A stretch of 64,000 nucleotides of DNA from a virus, in the IMG/VR virus record IMGVR_UViG_3300047476_000704, positions 32,001-96,000 of that record; one strand, given 5' to 3'. Position 1 is the first letter of the stretch. Each line of letters opens with the position of its first letter. This document shows positions 24,097 to 35,153 of the stretch, one piece after another. The translations under genes were made by a program, and so were the position numbers. A model generated the notes under the pieces. That model had not been told where the DNA came from, made no database searches, and saw nothing but the letters and a program-made list of their open reading frames with translations.

Positions 24097-24847
24097 TTGG
24101 TTCTAATTTGAATATTTCTTCATCATGCTCTTCACTTTCTTTTGGATATGGGAAAGTTTCATGCTTTAATGATTTAATTAACTGCTTTCTAACTTTTTTA
24201 TCTTTGGTTAAGATATAAACATAACGATGTTTGCGTGGTTCTCTTTTAATCCAAAATGGAGATGTTACCATTGTCTGAATTATCTTTGGGTCATTCGTTC
24301 CGTATTTCACATAAGATGTTCTACTATGATGCCATTCATCTTCCTCACTCCACTTAAAACTCCAACTATCACTCCATCTGATTTTGTTACCCTGATATAT
24401 CCAATTGGTAGCTTGATAGATAGTCCCTTTATGTCCAACCTTTGGGTCTGAATATGAAATTAGTGCTTTAATCTTTGGTGTATTATCTCGCAACCATTGA
24501 AATGTTTGTCCAACAAACCAACTCTCAATATTAGAACCATACCCATCAAATACAAATAGGCGAGTTAATTCCAATACAGTATCCCTTTCCAACATATCAG
24601 AAATTGATGCTCCTGCGTTTCTACCAATAGGGTCTCCATAACAAGCTATACCTATTAGCTTTTCATTTACTCCACTAAAAAATTGATGCTCATCTGCCGA
24701 TTGATAAAACAAACCCAATGCATAGGATACTTTTGTCCATATACCACTATAATGGTTATTTACAATAATATCCTTTGCAACGGACTTGTTTACAGGTCTA
24801 ACTATGAGTTTGGATGTATCGCAATACTCTTTACCTTCTACTTTCAT
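24083..24847 (-). CDS. Mom-family (GNAT-fold) adenine modification enzyme, copy 1
   Basis: NHYSG, LELTRL, NIES, ISYSDPKVGHKGTIYQATNWIYQG. Confidence 0.8.
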   Translation of the reverse strand: MKVEGKEYCDTSKLIVRPVNKSVAKDIIVNNHYSGIWTKVSYALGLFYQSADEHQFFSGVNEKLIGIACYGDPIGRNAGASISDMLERDTVLELTRLFVFDGYGSNIESWFVGQTFQWLRDNTPKIKALISYSDPKVGHKGTIYQATNWIYQGNKIRWSDSWSFKWSEEDEWHHSRTSYVKYGTNDPKIIQTMVTSPFWIKREPRKHRYVYILTKDKKVRKQLIKSLKHETFPYPKESEEHDEEIFKLEPIERS

Positions 24848-24852
24848 AGTTA

Positions 24853-24884
24853 CAAAGATAATAAAACTTTTTTATATAACCTAA
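24853..24884 (-). promoter_or_regulatory. Bacteroidota sigma-A promoter
   Basis: TTAG-N20-TATCTTTG upstream of the Mom-like pair. Confidence 0.7.
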
Positions 24885-24891
24885 TTTTTTA

Positions 24892-25152
24892 CTACAAACT
24901 TTCGTTAATAGCATTTATGTATGCAATCTTTGAAGATACACCTGCAAATCTTTCAACTTCCTTACCATCTTTTTCAATAATTACAGTAGGAACTGAACGG
25001 ATGTTGTATTTAGTTGCCAATTCAAATGCTTCATCTACATCATACTCTTCAAACTTAACACCACTAACAGATTGTTTAACCTCTTCAAAAATTGGTTTTA
25101 AAGTTTTGCATGGTCCACACCAGCTTGCAGAGAATTTCTTTACACTAATCAT
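24892..25152 (-). CDS. Thioredoxin
   Basis: WCGPC. Confidence 0.95.
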   Translation of the reverse strand: MISVKKFSASWCGPCKTLKPIFEEVKQSVSGVKFEEYDVDEAFELATKYNIRSVPTVIIEKDGKEVERFAGVSSKIAYINAINESL

Positions 25153-25154
25153 AA

Positions 25155-25883
25155 TTATTTTCCTTCTTTGTTTTGTTTTTCCTTAAAATCATCGTATGCA
25201 TCTAATAAAGCATCAACAACTGGATGTCTATGGTTTGTTAGTAAAGTTTGAGAATCCATATCTTTAATCTTTTTAGCTGCTGATAATAAAAACTTAAACC
25301 CACTATCTCCTTTATATTTCAAATCCACTTGTTGTGTATCACCACATACCACCATTTTACTTCTCAATCCTAAACGAGATGTAATCATTTCCATTTGGTC
25401 ATTTGTACAGTTTTGTGCTTCATCTACAATAATAAATGAATCCAAAAATGTTCTACCTCGCATAAATGCCAATGGTACAATTTCTACTTGTCCGTTTTCT
25501 AAAATCTTATCAATTTTTTCTTTGTTGTAAAGTTGATAAAAGTTAGAATAGATTGGTTGCATCCACGGCTCCATCTTTTCTCTTAAATCACCTGGTAAGA
25601 AACCAATTTCTTCTTTACTTACCGTTGGACGAGTTATAATAATTTTAGTTACCGATTTCTTAAACAACATATCCAATGCTACTTGGCAGGCAAGTAGTGT
25701 TTTACCACTACCTGCTTTACCACTTAATATTGTAATTGCGTTGTTTAGGATTTTATCTTTCGCTTCTTTTTGTTCATCATTTAGTTGAACCTGAAACTTA
25801 ATAGGTCCTTTCGGTTTTTCAATTATCTCTTCTTTAATCTTTTCCGTAATCTCTCTTTTCTTTGTTGAGATGTTCTCACCCAT
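25155..25883 (-). CDS. phoH: PhoH-like ATPase
   Basis: GKAGSGKT, IGFLPG, FMRGRT, DEAQN, GDTQQ; start trimmed to MGENI. Confidence 0.93.
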   Translation of the reverse strand: MGENISTKKREITEKIKEEIIEKPKGPIKFQVQLNDEQKEAKDKILNNAITILSGKAGSGKTLLACQVALDMLFKKSVTKIIITRPTVSKEEIGFLPGDLREKMEPWMQPIYSNFYQLYNKEKIDKILENGQVEIVPLAFMRGRTFLDSFIIVDEAQNCTNDQMEMITSRLGLRSKMVVCGDTQQVDLKYKGDSGFKFLLSAAKKIKDMDSQTLLTNHRHPVVDALLDAYDDFKEKQNKEGK

Positions 25884-25899
25884 AAAATTATTATTTAGT

Positions 25900-27681
25900 T
25901 TATCCTTCACACGAAACACATTCAGGGTCCATTGCTCTTGCGGCAATATCTCCTCTCAATACACTTTCAGTTCTCATATAGTATAGAGTTTTTACACCCT
26001 CTTTCCATGCTTCCATAGTAACCTGATTTATCCACTTTGGTTCTGCGGTTGCAGGGAATGCTAAATTAAGAGAAACTGCTTGGTCTATATATTGTTGTCT
26101 AACACCAGCTTGCTTTACTAAATCTAATTGGTTGATTTCTTTGAATGTTTTGAATACATCTTTAACCGAATTACATTTATGCATATGGTCTTCCGCAGTT
26201 ACTTCGTTACATTGAACTAACTTACCTTCAAAGAAACACCACTCATCTAAAAAATCCAAATCTTGTACTGAACCACCATCTGCAAGAATCTTATCCCATA
26301 CTTCTTTGGTGTTCTTACTCATCTTCTTTAACACTTTTTCTAACTCTGGGTTCTTACGAATGAATGTTCCTTTTGCAGTTTGTTCGGTAAACACATTAGC
26401 TGCCCAAGGTTCAATACCACTACTTACATTACCACTTAATTTAGAGTTTGATACCGTAGGTGCTACTGCTCGTAAGTGAGTATTACGGAAACCCGTATCT
26501 CTACACCATAATGGTTCACCATATTCTGAAGCCATGTCTCTACTTGCTCTTTCAGATTCAATCTTCATTTGAGAGAAAATCTTACGAGTTTCAAATTGTG
26601 CAGGTAATCCTTCAAATGGAATACCTTTTTGTTGCAAGTATGTATGCCATCCTAATACACCTAACCCTAATGCTCTTCCTTTTACTGCTGAACGAACCGA
26701 GTTATCAAATCCAGTCATTCCTTTGGCTCTTTGGATAAACTCCTCTAATACACCATCTAAAAACATTGTAGCTGTATATACTAAATCGGTATCTTTCCAC
26801 TCATCATATTTAGCTAAATTCAAAGAAGATAAACAACATACAAATGAATGCGATTCATCGGTGTGTAATACAATCTCCGAACAAATATTGGTCATATATA
26901 CTTTTAAACCATTCTTTTTATATGCTTCTGGGTTTTGTTTGTTTACATTACCTTTGTACATAATATATGGTTCACCAGTTGCCTTTCTCTTTTGTAATAG
27001 TTTACCCCACTTTCTTCTTGCTTCTGGTTCTCCCTCTTGCAACTTTCTCATAAACTTATCACCTACTACTGCACATTGGTGCATATTAAGTGATTGACGA
27101 TTCACATCACCCTTTGGTTCTCTAATCTCCAACCAATCTTCAAAGTCTTTATGCTCAATATTCATATTCACCGAAGCGGCTCCTCTACGAACTGAACCTT
27201 GGTTTGTAGCAAGGATAGTTGAATCATAAATCTTACAAAATGGAACTACACCATCGGATGTACCATTACCAGTAATCTTTGAACCAGCAGGTCTAATCTG
27301 ATTGATACCAATACCAACCCCACCTCCGTGCTTTGCTAATAGCATCAACTCTAAATTCTTTGAGCCAATCTCATAGATACTATCCCCAACATCAATACCA
27401 AAACAAGAGATTGGTAAACCTCTATCAGTACCAGTGTTTGAAAGTACCGGTGTAGCTAAACATAACCACCCTTTCCAAATGTAATCAAAAAACTTTGTAG
27501 CCAATTGTGGTTTACCCAATCTTCGTGCTACCTTTGTGGCAACTCTCCAATAGGCATCCTTTGGTTTCTCACCGTCTTGCAAGTACCCTTTGGATATAGT
27601 TTTTACATATATCTCATTATTTCCCCAGCTTGGGAAATCTACATCTAGCTCCCAGCCTAATTCTTCTCCGTAATTTTTCAT
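25900..27681 (-). CDS. nrdA: Class Ia ribonucleotide reductase alpha subunit (no ATP cone)
   Basis: PISCF, TNICSE, VCCLSS, APTVSNS, GIEP, KTLYY. Confidence 0.96.
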   Translation of the reverse strand: MKNYGEELGWELDVDFPSWGNNEIYVKTISKGYLQDGEKPKDAYWRVATKVARRLGKPQLATKFFDYIWKGWLCLATPVLSNTGTDRGLPISCFGIDVGDSIYEIGSKNLELMLLAKHGGGVGIGINQIRPAGSKITGNGTSDGVVPFCKIYDSTILATNQGSVRRGAASVNMNIEHKDFEDWLEIREPKGDVNRQSLNMHQCAVVGDKFMRKLQEGEPEARRKWGKLLQKRKATGEPYIMYKGNVNKQNPEAYKKNGLKVYMTNICSEIVLHTDESHSFVCCLSSLNLAKYDEWKDTDLVYTATMFLDGVLEEFIQRAKGMTGFDNSVRSAVKGRALGLGVLGWHTYLQQKGIPFEGLPAQFETRKIFSQMKIESERASRDMASEYGEPLWCRDTGFRNTHLRAVAPTVSNSKLSGNVSSGIEPWAANVFTEQTAKGTFIRKNPELEKVLKKMSKNTKEVWDKILADGGSVQDLDFLDEWCFFEGKLVQCNEVTAEDHMHKCNSVKDVFKTFKEINQLDLVKQAGVRQQYIDQAVSLNLAFPATAEPKWINQVTMEAWKEGVKTLYYMRTESVLRGDIAARAMDPECVSCEG

Positions 27682-27688
27682 AATTTAA

Positions 27689-28702
27689 TTAAAATATATC
27701 TCCCCAATCTTCCCCTTCACCTGCTTTTGAATAATCAGTTGGTCTCATTGCAAAGAAATCGGTATGCGTAACCCCACCCGTAAGATGATAAAACCAGTCT
27801 AATTCACTTGCCTTTGTATCATCATACTCAAAATATACATCACTACCGGGTATTGGATTGTATCCTAATTCAGCAATCTTTTCATTGATTCTTTTTGTAA
27901 TAAACTCTTTTAGGTCATCTTTTTTAAGATTTTCCAAATCGCCCATTTCAAACATTTTATCAATAAATTTGTGTTCTAAATCTCTAATCAATCCAGCTGC
28001 CTCAACTATACTAGCTTTTGCATCTTCTCTTAATTCTGGATACTCTTCACACATATGATTGAATAATTGACAACCCATTTTAGAATGTAATGATTCATCT
28101 CTCACACTCCACTTCATTTGCTGCCCAACACCCTTTAATAAGTTTCTCATTTGGAAACTATAAAGAACTGCGAACGATGAATAAAGTGCAACACCTTCTG
28201 CAAATGCTGAAAAAATTGCTAAACTTCTTGCTACTTCCTTTCTCGCCAATGGATTTGTTCGTAAATCCTCCGGTGTCCAATCGGCAGTAGTTTCAGTTAG
28301 CATTTCAAATCTAGCCTTTGTAGCGGGTTCATGTAAGAATGCTTCAAAATCTTCTAACCCCAATGTTTCATTTAAGTACGAATATGCAGTAGCATGAATT
28401 GTTTCTTGTGAACCAAATAACATTGCCATTTGTCTGATTTCGTGTTTAGGAAACCATTTAGTAACCATACCTGTCCAATAGTCAGAAACTGCACATTCTG
28501 TTTGAGCAAAACCCAAAAGAATATTTCCAACTAAATGCTTTTCAGCAGGTGTAAGATTTTCGTTCCAATCTTTAACATCACCTTGCATCGGTATTTCCGT
28601 ATGTAACCAAAACGCTTGAGCTTGTAGTAACCAACCCTCTGTATAATAAACCGGATATTCAAATGGTTTATATGCCACTCTTTCTGTAAATAATTTGCTC
28701 AT
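27689..28702 (-). CDS. nrdB: Ribonucleotide reductase beta subunit
   Basis: ETIHATAYS, EGVALYSSF, DESLH, DFF. Confidence 0.96.
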   Translation of the reverse strand: MSKLFTERVAYKPFEYPVYYTEGWLLQAQAFWLHTEIPMQGDVKDWNENLTPAEKHLVGNILLGFAQTECAVSDYWTGMVTKWFPKHEIRQMAMLFGSQETIHATAYSYLNETLGLEDFEAFLHEPATKARFEMLTETTADWTPEDLRTNPLARKEVARSLAIFSAFAEGVALYSSFAVLYSFQMRNLLKGVGQQMKWSVRDESLHSKMGCQLFNHMCEEYPELREDAKASIVEAAGLIRDLEHKFIDKMFEMGDLENLKKDDLKEFITKRINEKIAELGYNPIPGSDVYFEYDDTKASELDWFYHLTGGVTHTDFFAMRPTDYSKAGEGEDWGDIF

Positions 28703-28813
28703 AGTTTTTATCTATTTTTAATTTTAGGTATAGATAAGTATCGTATATATTTCCTTTTCAACTCAACTTTTCATAGGATTTTTCTATGTAAGTTTGGTAG
28801 TATTTTAAGGATG

Positions 28814-30181
28814 TTAGCCCATATCATTTGGCATGGTTTCCAAGTACTTTTTGTGTAATAATTTCTTTTCTATCTGAACTCCATTATTACTTTCTTTGGA
28901 TGCCATAATACCATTTGATGATTGTGCATCATATATTTCTATTTCACCTTTCATTGTGTCCATTTTTGTTGGGAATGTTAAACCATCCGGTCCAAATCGG
29001 TTTTTCATCACGTGTACTCTCGCAGTATTTGCCAACTTATCTTTATCTTTACGAGATACACTCATAATAAAATCAGCTGTCATTACTTTAGCGTAACTAT
29101 CCGCAATTGAATCCGCATGAATTACTTCATCTTCCAACGCACCTCTATTGGTTTGTGATGCTGTCCAAATTGGAACACCAACTTCACCACCCATACCACG
29201 TAGTTCCTCATACACGCCACCTAACTCTGCATATAAACCATCTCGTTTATTTACAGGTTTAAGTAAGTCTGCATAATCTACTATAATAATATGTGGAATA
29301 AATCCAGTTGCTCTCAATTTATCAATGTGAGCTTTCATAGTTTTAACACTAGCACCTCTATTTGGATAATTTTTAATCATCAAACGAGATGAATAGTTTT
29401 TCAACTTTCTTTGGATTTCATCTTTGTTGTTTTTCAAATCTGCTAATGGGATACCTGTAAAGATTGTATCATACCTGCAACCTACATAGTTCTCACTCAA
29501 TTCCAAACTATAATGCAATACATTGAAACCTTTTGCTACTGCATCTGCTCCTAGCTTACACAATAACCAAGTCTTACCAATACCAGATGGTGCTACTACA
29601 ACACCTAATTCACCAGGTCCTAAACCACCATCCATCAAATCGTTGATTGGTGCCCAACCAGTTGGTACGGAATTTCTCTTTACATCTTCTAAACGATATA
29701 GAATATCTAAAAAGTAATCATGTCCTAAATTGTTTTCTAATCCAGCTCTTAAAGCATCCTGAATAATTGTTCCTACCTCATCATACTTACCACTTTGTAA
29801 TAAGTCTACGGATTGGAAAATTGCAGATTTAAGTTTCTGTCTTTTACAAAATTGTAGATATTCTTTCTTAACAAAATCAGCATCAGGTGAACCAAATAAA
29901 TCGTAGATTTGTTGTAATCTATCTACAATCATTTTCTTCTGCGCATCTGTTTCTATTGCACTCAATTTAACTTTGAATACATCTAATGTAGGTGCAGCAT
30001 TGCTTGTTTGATTATAGGATACAATTTCACCAACTATCCATCTATCTGCTTCTAACTCAAAAAAATCTTTTTTGGTTATATCTGAAACTTGATTTAAAAA
30101 AGGTTGGGATTCCAATAATGATGCAACTACTTTGGCTTGGTACGATTGTCCGAACTTTTGTAGATTGTCTATTGCTTCCAT
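28814..30181 (-). CDS. Replicative DnaB/T4 gp41-like helicase
   Basis: APSGIGKT, SLEL, VDYAD, ASQTNR, KNRFG. Confidence 0.93.
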   Translation of the reverse strand: MEAIDNLQKFGQSYQAKVVASLLESQPFLNQVSDITKKDFFELEADRWIVGEIVSYNQTSNAAPTLDVFKVKLSAIETDAQKKMIVDRLQQIYDLFGSPDADFVKKEYLQFCKRQKLKSAIFQSVDLLQSGKYDEVGTIIQDALRAGLENNLGHDYFLDILYRLEDVKRNSVPTGWAPINDLMDGGLGPGELGVVVAPSGIGKTWLLCKLGADAVAKGFNVLHYSLELSENYVGCRYDTIFTGIPLADLKNNKDEIQRKLKNYSSRLMIKNYPNRGASVKTMKAHIDKLRATGFIPHIIIVDYADLLKPVNKRDGLYAELGGVYEELRGMGGEVGVPIWTASQTNRGALEDEVIHADSIADSYAKVMTADFIMSVSRKDKDKLANTARVHVMKNRFGPDGLTFPTKMDTMKGEIEIYDAQSSNGIMASKESNNGVQIEKKLLHKKYLETMPNDMG

Positions 30182-30393
30182 TATTTTTTATCCTTCTTCT
30201 TTCTTGCTAATCTTTTTTCTTCAATTGATAAATTTTTATCTACCTCAACTTTTGGTTTGTCTTCTTTCTTTGGACGTAGGGCTTTCCACTCTGATTTGGG
30301 AACGAACACCCATCCATAATTTGCTACCTTTTGGTCAGCTTCTAATTCTGTTACTCGGCGGATTTCTCCTTCTTTACTTTTAATGCACTTCAT
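30181..30393 (-). CDS. Small basic hypothetical protein
   Basis: Start abuts the helicase. Confidence 0.6.
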   Translation of the reverse strand: MKCIKSKEGEIRRVTELEADQKVANYGWVFVPKSEWKALRPKKEDKPKVEVDKNLSIEEKRLARKKKDKK

Positions 30394-30417
30394 AGATTTT
30401 GTCTCCGTGTTTAATTG

Positions 30418-31473
30418 TTATTTACTATATTTGTTTATTGTTCCGAAAGTTTTAACCACCCAGCTATTTACATCACCAAGTGCATCAATTACTTTCATAC
30501 TCATTGCCTTTTTAATAAAAGATAGTTTATCCAATTTGGATACATTCTCTTGATATTTGGCGTTAATCTTCATTCTTGTATTGGATGATATTTCAGGGTT
30601 CTCTAATTGCATCAATCTGAAATTTCTTTCTACAATTGGTTTTCCATCTAAAATATCTTTGTAAATTTTAGGTCCTTTTCCAGCACCCCGTTCTTCACAT
30701 AGTTCAAACAATTTATCAAACTCTACCCTTTCCGATTCCACCACTTCCGGAAATCTTTTAATAATTGTTTTGAGACCACACCCACTAATACCATCAATAT
30801 TATCAGAGGTATCACCATCAAGACAGCGATATACCATAAAATTGTTGGGATGGATACCAAACTCTTCAACAACCTTTTGCTCCGTATATAATTTCTTTTT
30901 GCTTGGAGAGTAAACTTGAACATTTGATTTAACTAATTGTAAAAAATCTTTATCTGATGACATTACTATTGCACCAGCATCTTCCGTAACCAATTGCGAT
31001 GCAATATAACCAATTACATCATCTGCTTCTATATTATCATATAACATAATATCCACAGGAAGATATTCAAGCAATTCTATTAAACCAATCATTTGGCGTT
31101 TCATAGAAACACTCTCATCTTCCTTGGACATCATATCTTCATATTGACGATTTACTCTAAAACGGCTTTTACCTCTATCAGCTTTGTATCCACTAAATAT
31201 CTTTTTACGGCTGTCCGAACCACCTTTACCATCAAATACAATAATACAACGAGTTGCTTTGTATTCTCTGATTGCGTAACCTATACTTTTTAAGAATCCA
31301 GTGATACCACCAATGTGGTCACCATTATCATCCATTGTGGGGTTTACCGTCCATGCTCTGATAAAAGTATTTAATCCATCTACTAATAGAACTTTTGAGT
31401 TTAGTGATTGCTCTACAACTTGTGTATGCTCATCATTTACCTCATCTAATAACCTTTTATATAACTCGTTCAT
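30418..31473 (-). CDS. 5'-3' exonuclease / T4 RNase H-like
   Basis: VDGLN, VFDG, YKADR, EADD, SSDKDFLQ, GDTSDNIDG. Confidence 0.93.
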   Translation of the reverse strand: MNELYKRLLDEVNDEHTQVVEQSLNSKVLLVDGLNTFIRAWTVNPTMDDNGDHIGGITGFLKSIGYAIREYKATRCIIVFDGKGGSDSRKKIFSGYKADRGKSRFRVNRQYEDMMSKEDESVSMKRQMIGLIELLEYLPVDIMLYDNIEADDVIGYIASQLVTEDAGAIVMSSDKDFLQLVKSNVQVYSPSKKKLYTEQKVVEEFGIHPNNFMVYRCLDGDTSDNIDGISGCGLKTIIKRFPEVVESERVEFDKLFELCEERGAGKGPKIYKDILDGKPIVERNFRLMQLENPEISSNTRMKINAKYQENVSKLDKLSFIKKAMSMKVIDALGDVNSWVVKTFGTINKYSK

Positions 31474-31481
31474 ATGTTTGT

Positions 31482-32609
31482 TTATTCATCACCTAATACA
31501 CTTGTATCTACTAATAGATTATCTGTATCCAATGAATCTTTTTTGTATTGTAGAATAGTGTATTCACAAATTCGTTTATAGATTTGTTCTTTTACCGATG
31601 GATTTGCTTCCAATATTTCCTGCAACTCTTTGGCTTGGAACTTAAATTCTTCACCAGTTTCAGTATCAACATATGTGTACCACGCTCCACCTTGTTTAAC
31701 AAAGTTATAATCCTTCATTGCTCCCAACCATGCGCCATAGTTATCAATACCCCTATCAAAGAAAATATCAAAATCTGCGGAACGCAATGGTGGTCCTAAT
31801 CTATTCTTAATTACATTGGCTCTTACTTTGATACCAACGATTCTCTCATTCCCCTTGTCATCCTTTGCTTTGATTTTACCAGTTGATGCTAATCTTAACC
31901 GAACCGAAGCATGGAAAGCAATTGCTTTACCACCCGATGTTGTCCAAGGGTCTGAAAATGCCATTGCGTTCATCTTTTGGCGTAATTGGTTTGTGAATAC
32001 TAATGTAATCTTTTGTCTACCAATCACATTTGTGATTTTACGCATTGCCTTTGAAATGATGATTGCTTTATCAGTTGCGTAACCATCTTTATCGTAATCA
32101 GCTTCTAGCTCTCTTTTTGTAGATGCTGCTGCAACTGAATCCACTACGATAGTTACTAACTTATCCTTATCACCTTTTCGTACTTGCTCAATGATTGTAT
32201 CAATTGTTTCAAATATATCCTCAACGGTATCAGCCGTAATATATAATAGTTTGGATACATCTACACCAATTGCATCAAAGAACTCTCTACTTACAGCAGT
32301 TTCAGTATCAATCAATACTGCAACACCACCTTGCTTTTGCGTTTCTGCTAGCACGTGTGCTGATAATAATGATTTACCACTCTGCTCTAAACCAGTGATT
32401 TCCGTAATTCTACCAACCGGAAAACCTCCGAATGGTCTATTGGAAACCGCCACATCCAACATTGTTGCCCCAGAAGAGACCCACCCACTTATATTAGTGG
32501 GTGCGTCCTCCGAGTCATCATCTAAAAAGAACGCAACCTTTTGGTCTTTGTATTTCTTGTTTAGATTATCGGCAATTTGTTGTGCTAAATCCGCTTGAAC
32601 TTTTGCCAT
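31482..32609 (-). CDS. recA: RecA/UvsX recombinase
   Basis: GLEQSGKS, IDTE, DSVAA, TNQLR, GGKAIAFHAS. Confidence 0.95.
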   Translation of the reverse strand: MAKVQADLAQQIADNLNKKYKDQKVAFFLDDDSEDAPTNISGWVSSGATMLDVAVSNRPFGGFPVGRITEITGLEQSGKSLLSAHVLAETQKQGGVAVLIDTETAVSREFFDAIGVDVSKLLYITADTVEDIFETIDTIIEQVRKGDKDKLVTIVVDSVAAASTKRELEADYDKDGYATDKAIIISKAMRKITNVIGRQKITLVFTNQLRQKMNAMAFSDPWTTSGGKAIAFHASVRLRLASTGKIKAKDDKGNERIVGIKVRANVIKNRLGPPLRSADFDIFFDRGIDNYGAWLGAMKDYNFVKQGGAWYTYVDTETGEEFKFQAKELQEILEANPSVKEQIYKRICEYTILQYKKDSLDTDNLLVDTSVLGDE

Positions 32610-32626
32610 TGTAACTCCTTTTTATT

Positions 32627-33487
32627 TTATGAATTGAATAAATCTTCAAATGCCGATGCAACATCAACCTTTGTAGAAGCAGGTTTTTCATCTTCTGCAT
32701 CCCAAGGTAGGGTTGTAACTGGCTCTGCTGATTTAGGTACTGCAACAGGTTGCGGTGCTACTTGCTCCTGAACCGATTGTGGTTTAGGTGATAAAGTTTC
32801 AGATGAAACAGATGGAGCAGGTGCATCCTCATCATCATGCGATGCAGTTGGGTTTAACCAATTTTCCAAAACACCCTTTAATTCAGCGTAAGATAACTCA
32901 CTATAAATGTCAGTAATTTCTGTCTGCTCATTTAATAATTTGTTTTCTAACTCTGCGTTATCAGTTAATTTTGTAATGTTTGGTTTTACTCTGATACGAG
33001 TATCTGGATATGTTTTACCAGCCTCTTCTACGATTTCAATTACCACATCACGACCTTCTGTTGGGTCAGTAATATCACCATAATCAGGGTCTGCAATGAT
33101 TGCAAGAATCTCTTGATATACAGTTTTACCAAATCCCCAAAACTTAACACCTTCGTTTTCTTGTCCACGGATAACCACAGGCGCAAATGTACGCAATTTC
33201 GGCTCCATCTTCTTACCTGCTTTCCAATTTTCAGTATCACCCAATCGTTTTAACTTTTCGGCAAACTCTAAAATCGGGTCAGGACGCTGGAACGATGCTG
33301 GTGATAAATAAGTTTTGTTGTTGATATTGTAATGAAATAAAAGTTCAATGAATGGATTTTCTTTGTTGAACTTATAAGGAACTATGCGTAATACATATTT
33401 TCCTGGTTTTGGTTTCCATAAAGCATCTGTCTTTTTGGAAGTGTTTTGCAACGAATTGAGACGTTGCTTGATTGCATTAATGTTCAT
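32627..33487 (-). CDS. Single-stranded DNA-binding protein (T4 gp32-like)
   Basis: WKPKPG..RIVP; GVKFWGFGK; DITDP.EGRD; acidic tail ending FEDLFNS. Confidence 0.88.
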   Translation of the reverse strand: MNINAIKQRLNSLQNTSKKTDALWKPKPGKYVLRIVPYKFNKENPFIELLFHYNINNKTYLSPASFQRPDPILEFAEKLKRLGDTENWKAGKKMEPKLRTFAPVVIRGQENEGVKFWGFGKTVYQEILAIIADPDYGDITDPTEGRDVVIEIVEEAGKTYPDTRIRVKPNITKLTDNAELENKLLNEQTEITDIYSELSYAELKGVLENWLNPTASHDDEDAPAPSVSSETLSPKPQSVQEQVAPQPVAVPKSAEPVTTLPWDAEDEKPASTKVDVASAFEDLFNS

Positions 33488-33555
33488 AATGTACGCTTTT
33501 TGTTTTTAAGTTTTATTTAATTAGATTTTAAGATTATCGCGATAAATCTTTCAGG

Positions 33556-33563
33556 TATAAATA
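33556..33563 (-). promoter_or_regulatory. Putative late-promoter motif TATTTATA
   Basis: Intergenic, upstream of SSB. Confidence 0.5.
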
Positions 33564-33585
33564 TCGGATTCCTAAAATGTTGAAA

Positions 33586-33617
33586 CAAAGATACGAAGAT
33601 TATTTCGTATCTCCAAA
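33586..33617 (-). promoter_or_regulatory. Bacteroidota sigma-A promoter
   Basis: TTTG-N20-TATCTTTG. Confidence 0.8.
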
Positions 33618-35153
33618 TTATTTGAGGATAATTTCATAATTTTTTATTTTATCAATAACCTGTTGATGTGAAATTGCAATTGATTCGGCATAGTCTATAT
33701 TTTTTTCATATTGCATAAACCATTCAGCTAATTTATTATCCAAATCATATTCTAAATTTTCGTAATTATATACTGATTCGTCAATTACACCATTACCATA
33801 TGCAACTAAAAACCAATTATATTCTTCAAATTGCGTAAATAAATTATCCGTATCAATATTAGTTGGAGTCCTTCTTTTCCAACTATTCAATCGTTTTTTC
33901 ATTTTTGCACTTAATGAAGTTGTACGATTGTAATCTTTCCAGAAACTCGTATCATTTCTATCGGTGTTATAATGAAATTGTAAAAAATCAGTTATACAAT
34001 CGGATGTATCTGCTATTAATTTATTATAATCTAAAATTTCTTCTTCATTTATATTATGAATAGAATCGGAAGTTAGGTTTCTCAATTGTGTTATTATTAG
34101 CCAAATAGATGTTGCTTCAATCGGCTCCGTAAACATTGAACTTAAACCAACTGCTACACAATTTTTTACCCAAGGTGTAACATATCTACCAGCATCAAAT
34201 GGAATAACTTTGTTAATTTTTATTATTTGGCCAACCATTTCCTCAGCCTCTTTCTTTGCTTCCTCTACATTTATATATCTATCATCAAATACATAACCAC
34301 ATCCCCAACGATTTTGTAATGGTATTTGCCACATCCATCCATATTTCATAGCAATTGCTTTGGTATATGGTGGTAGGGTATCACTTTTTGGTAAAAAGAA
34401 TGGTATGGCTGTATTTACTTTTAGTTTATCCTGATATGATTTCCATTCTACACCAAAGTGCTTTCCAATAAATAATCTTGCAAATCCAGTACAATCAAAT
34501 ACAAAATCCGATTTTACTTCAACATCGCCACATTTAATAAACCCAAGTCCACCACTTTCATTTGAAATAATATCGGTTATTTTACCCTCAATCCGTTTTA
34601 TACCACGTTCTTCGGCTTTCATTCGTAAAAACTTTGCCAATAAACTTGCATCAAAATGATAACTATAATTTATAGTAGAACTTATATTACCATTTTCGTT
34701 TATAAATGATGATTTATTATTGTATGCTAATTTAGAAGCCAAATTAACATCACCAATCATTTCGCCATTTGCTATTGCATTTATATATGCATATTGCTTT
34801 CCATTATCGTTTAACCCAATTGTTAAATTATTATCTTTGGATGTAAATTTGTGAGGACTTAATTTTGATTCCGAAACTGAAAAATTATGTAAATATTTAT
34901 CACCCGTTCCTCTCCAATTTTCAAAACTAATTCCTATTTTGAAAGTTGCGTTGGTATATTGTATGAGTTCGTTTTCCTTAATTCCCAAACCACGCAGTAA
35001 CCAAGGTAATTGTGGAGTAGAACCTTCACCTGCTCCCAATATACCAACTTCTTCACTTTCTATAACTGTTATGGTATCTTTTGGACAAATGCGCTGTACA
35101 TATAATGCAGTCAACCATCCAGCAGTTCCACCCCCAGCTACAACTATATTCAT
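33618..35153 (-). CDS. Flavin-dependent (tryptophan) halogenase family protein
   Basis: GGGTAG, GAGEGS, WMWQIP, FTEPIEATS. Confidence 0.9.
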   Translation of the reverse strand: MNIVVAGGGTAGWLTALYVQRICPKDTITVIESEEVGILGAGEGSTPQLPWLLRGLGIKENELIQYTNATFKIGISFENWRGTGDKYLHNFSVSESKLSPHKFTSKDNNLTIGLNDNGKQYAYINAIANGEMIGDVNLASKLAYNNKSSFINENGNISSTINYSYHFDASLLAKFLRMKAEERGIKRIEGKITDIISNESGGLGFIKCGDVEVKSDFVFDCTGFARLFIGKHFGVEWKSYQDKLKVNTAIPFFLPKSDTLPPYTKAIAMKYGWMWQIPLQNRWGCGYVFDDRYINVEEAKKEAEEMVGQIIKINKVIPFDAGRYVTPWVKNCVAVGLSSMFTEPIEATSIWLIITQLRNLTSDSIHNINEEEILDYNKLIADTSDCITDFLQFHYNTDRNDTSFWKDYNRTTSLSAKMKKRLNSWKRRTPTNIDTDNLFTQFEEYNWFLVAYGNGVIDESVYNYENLEYDLDNKLAEWFMQYEKNIDYAESIAISHQQVIDKIKNYEIILK

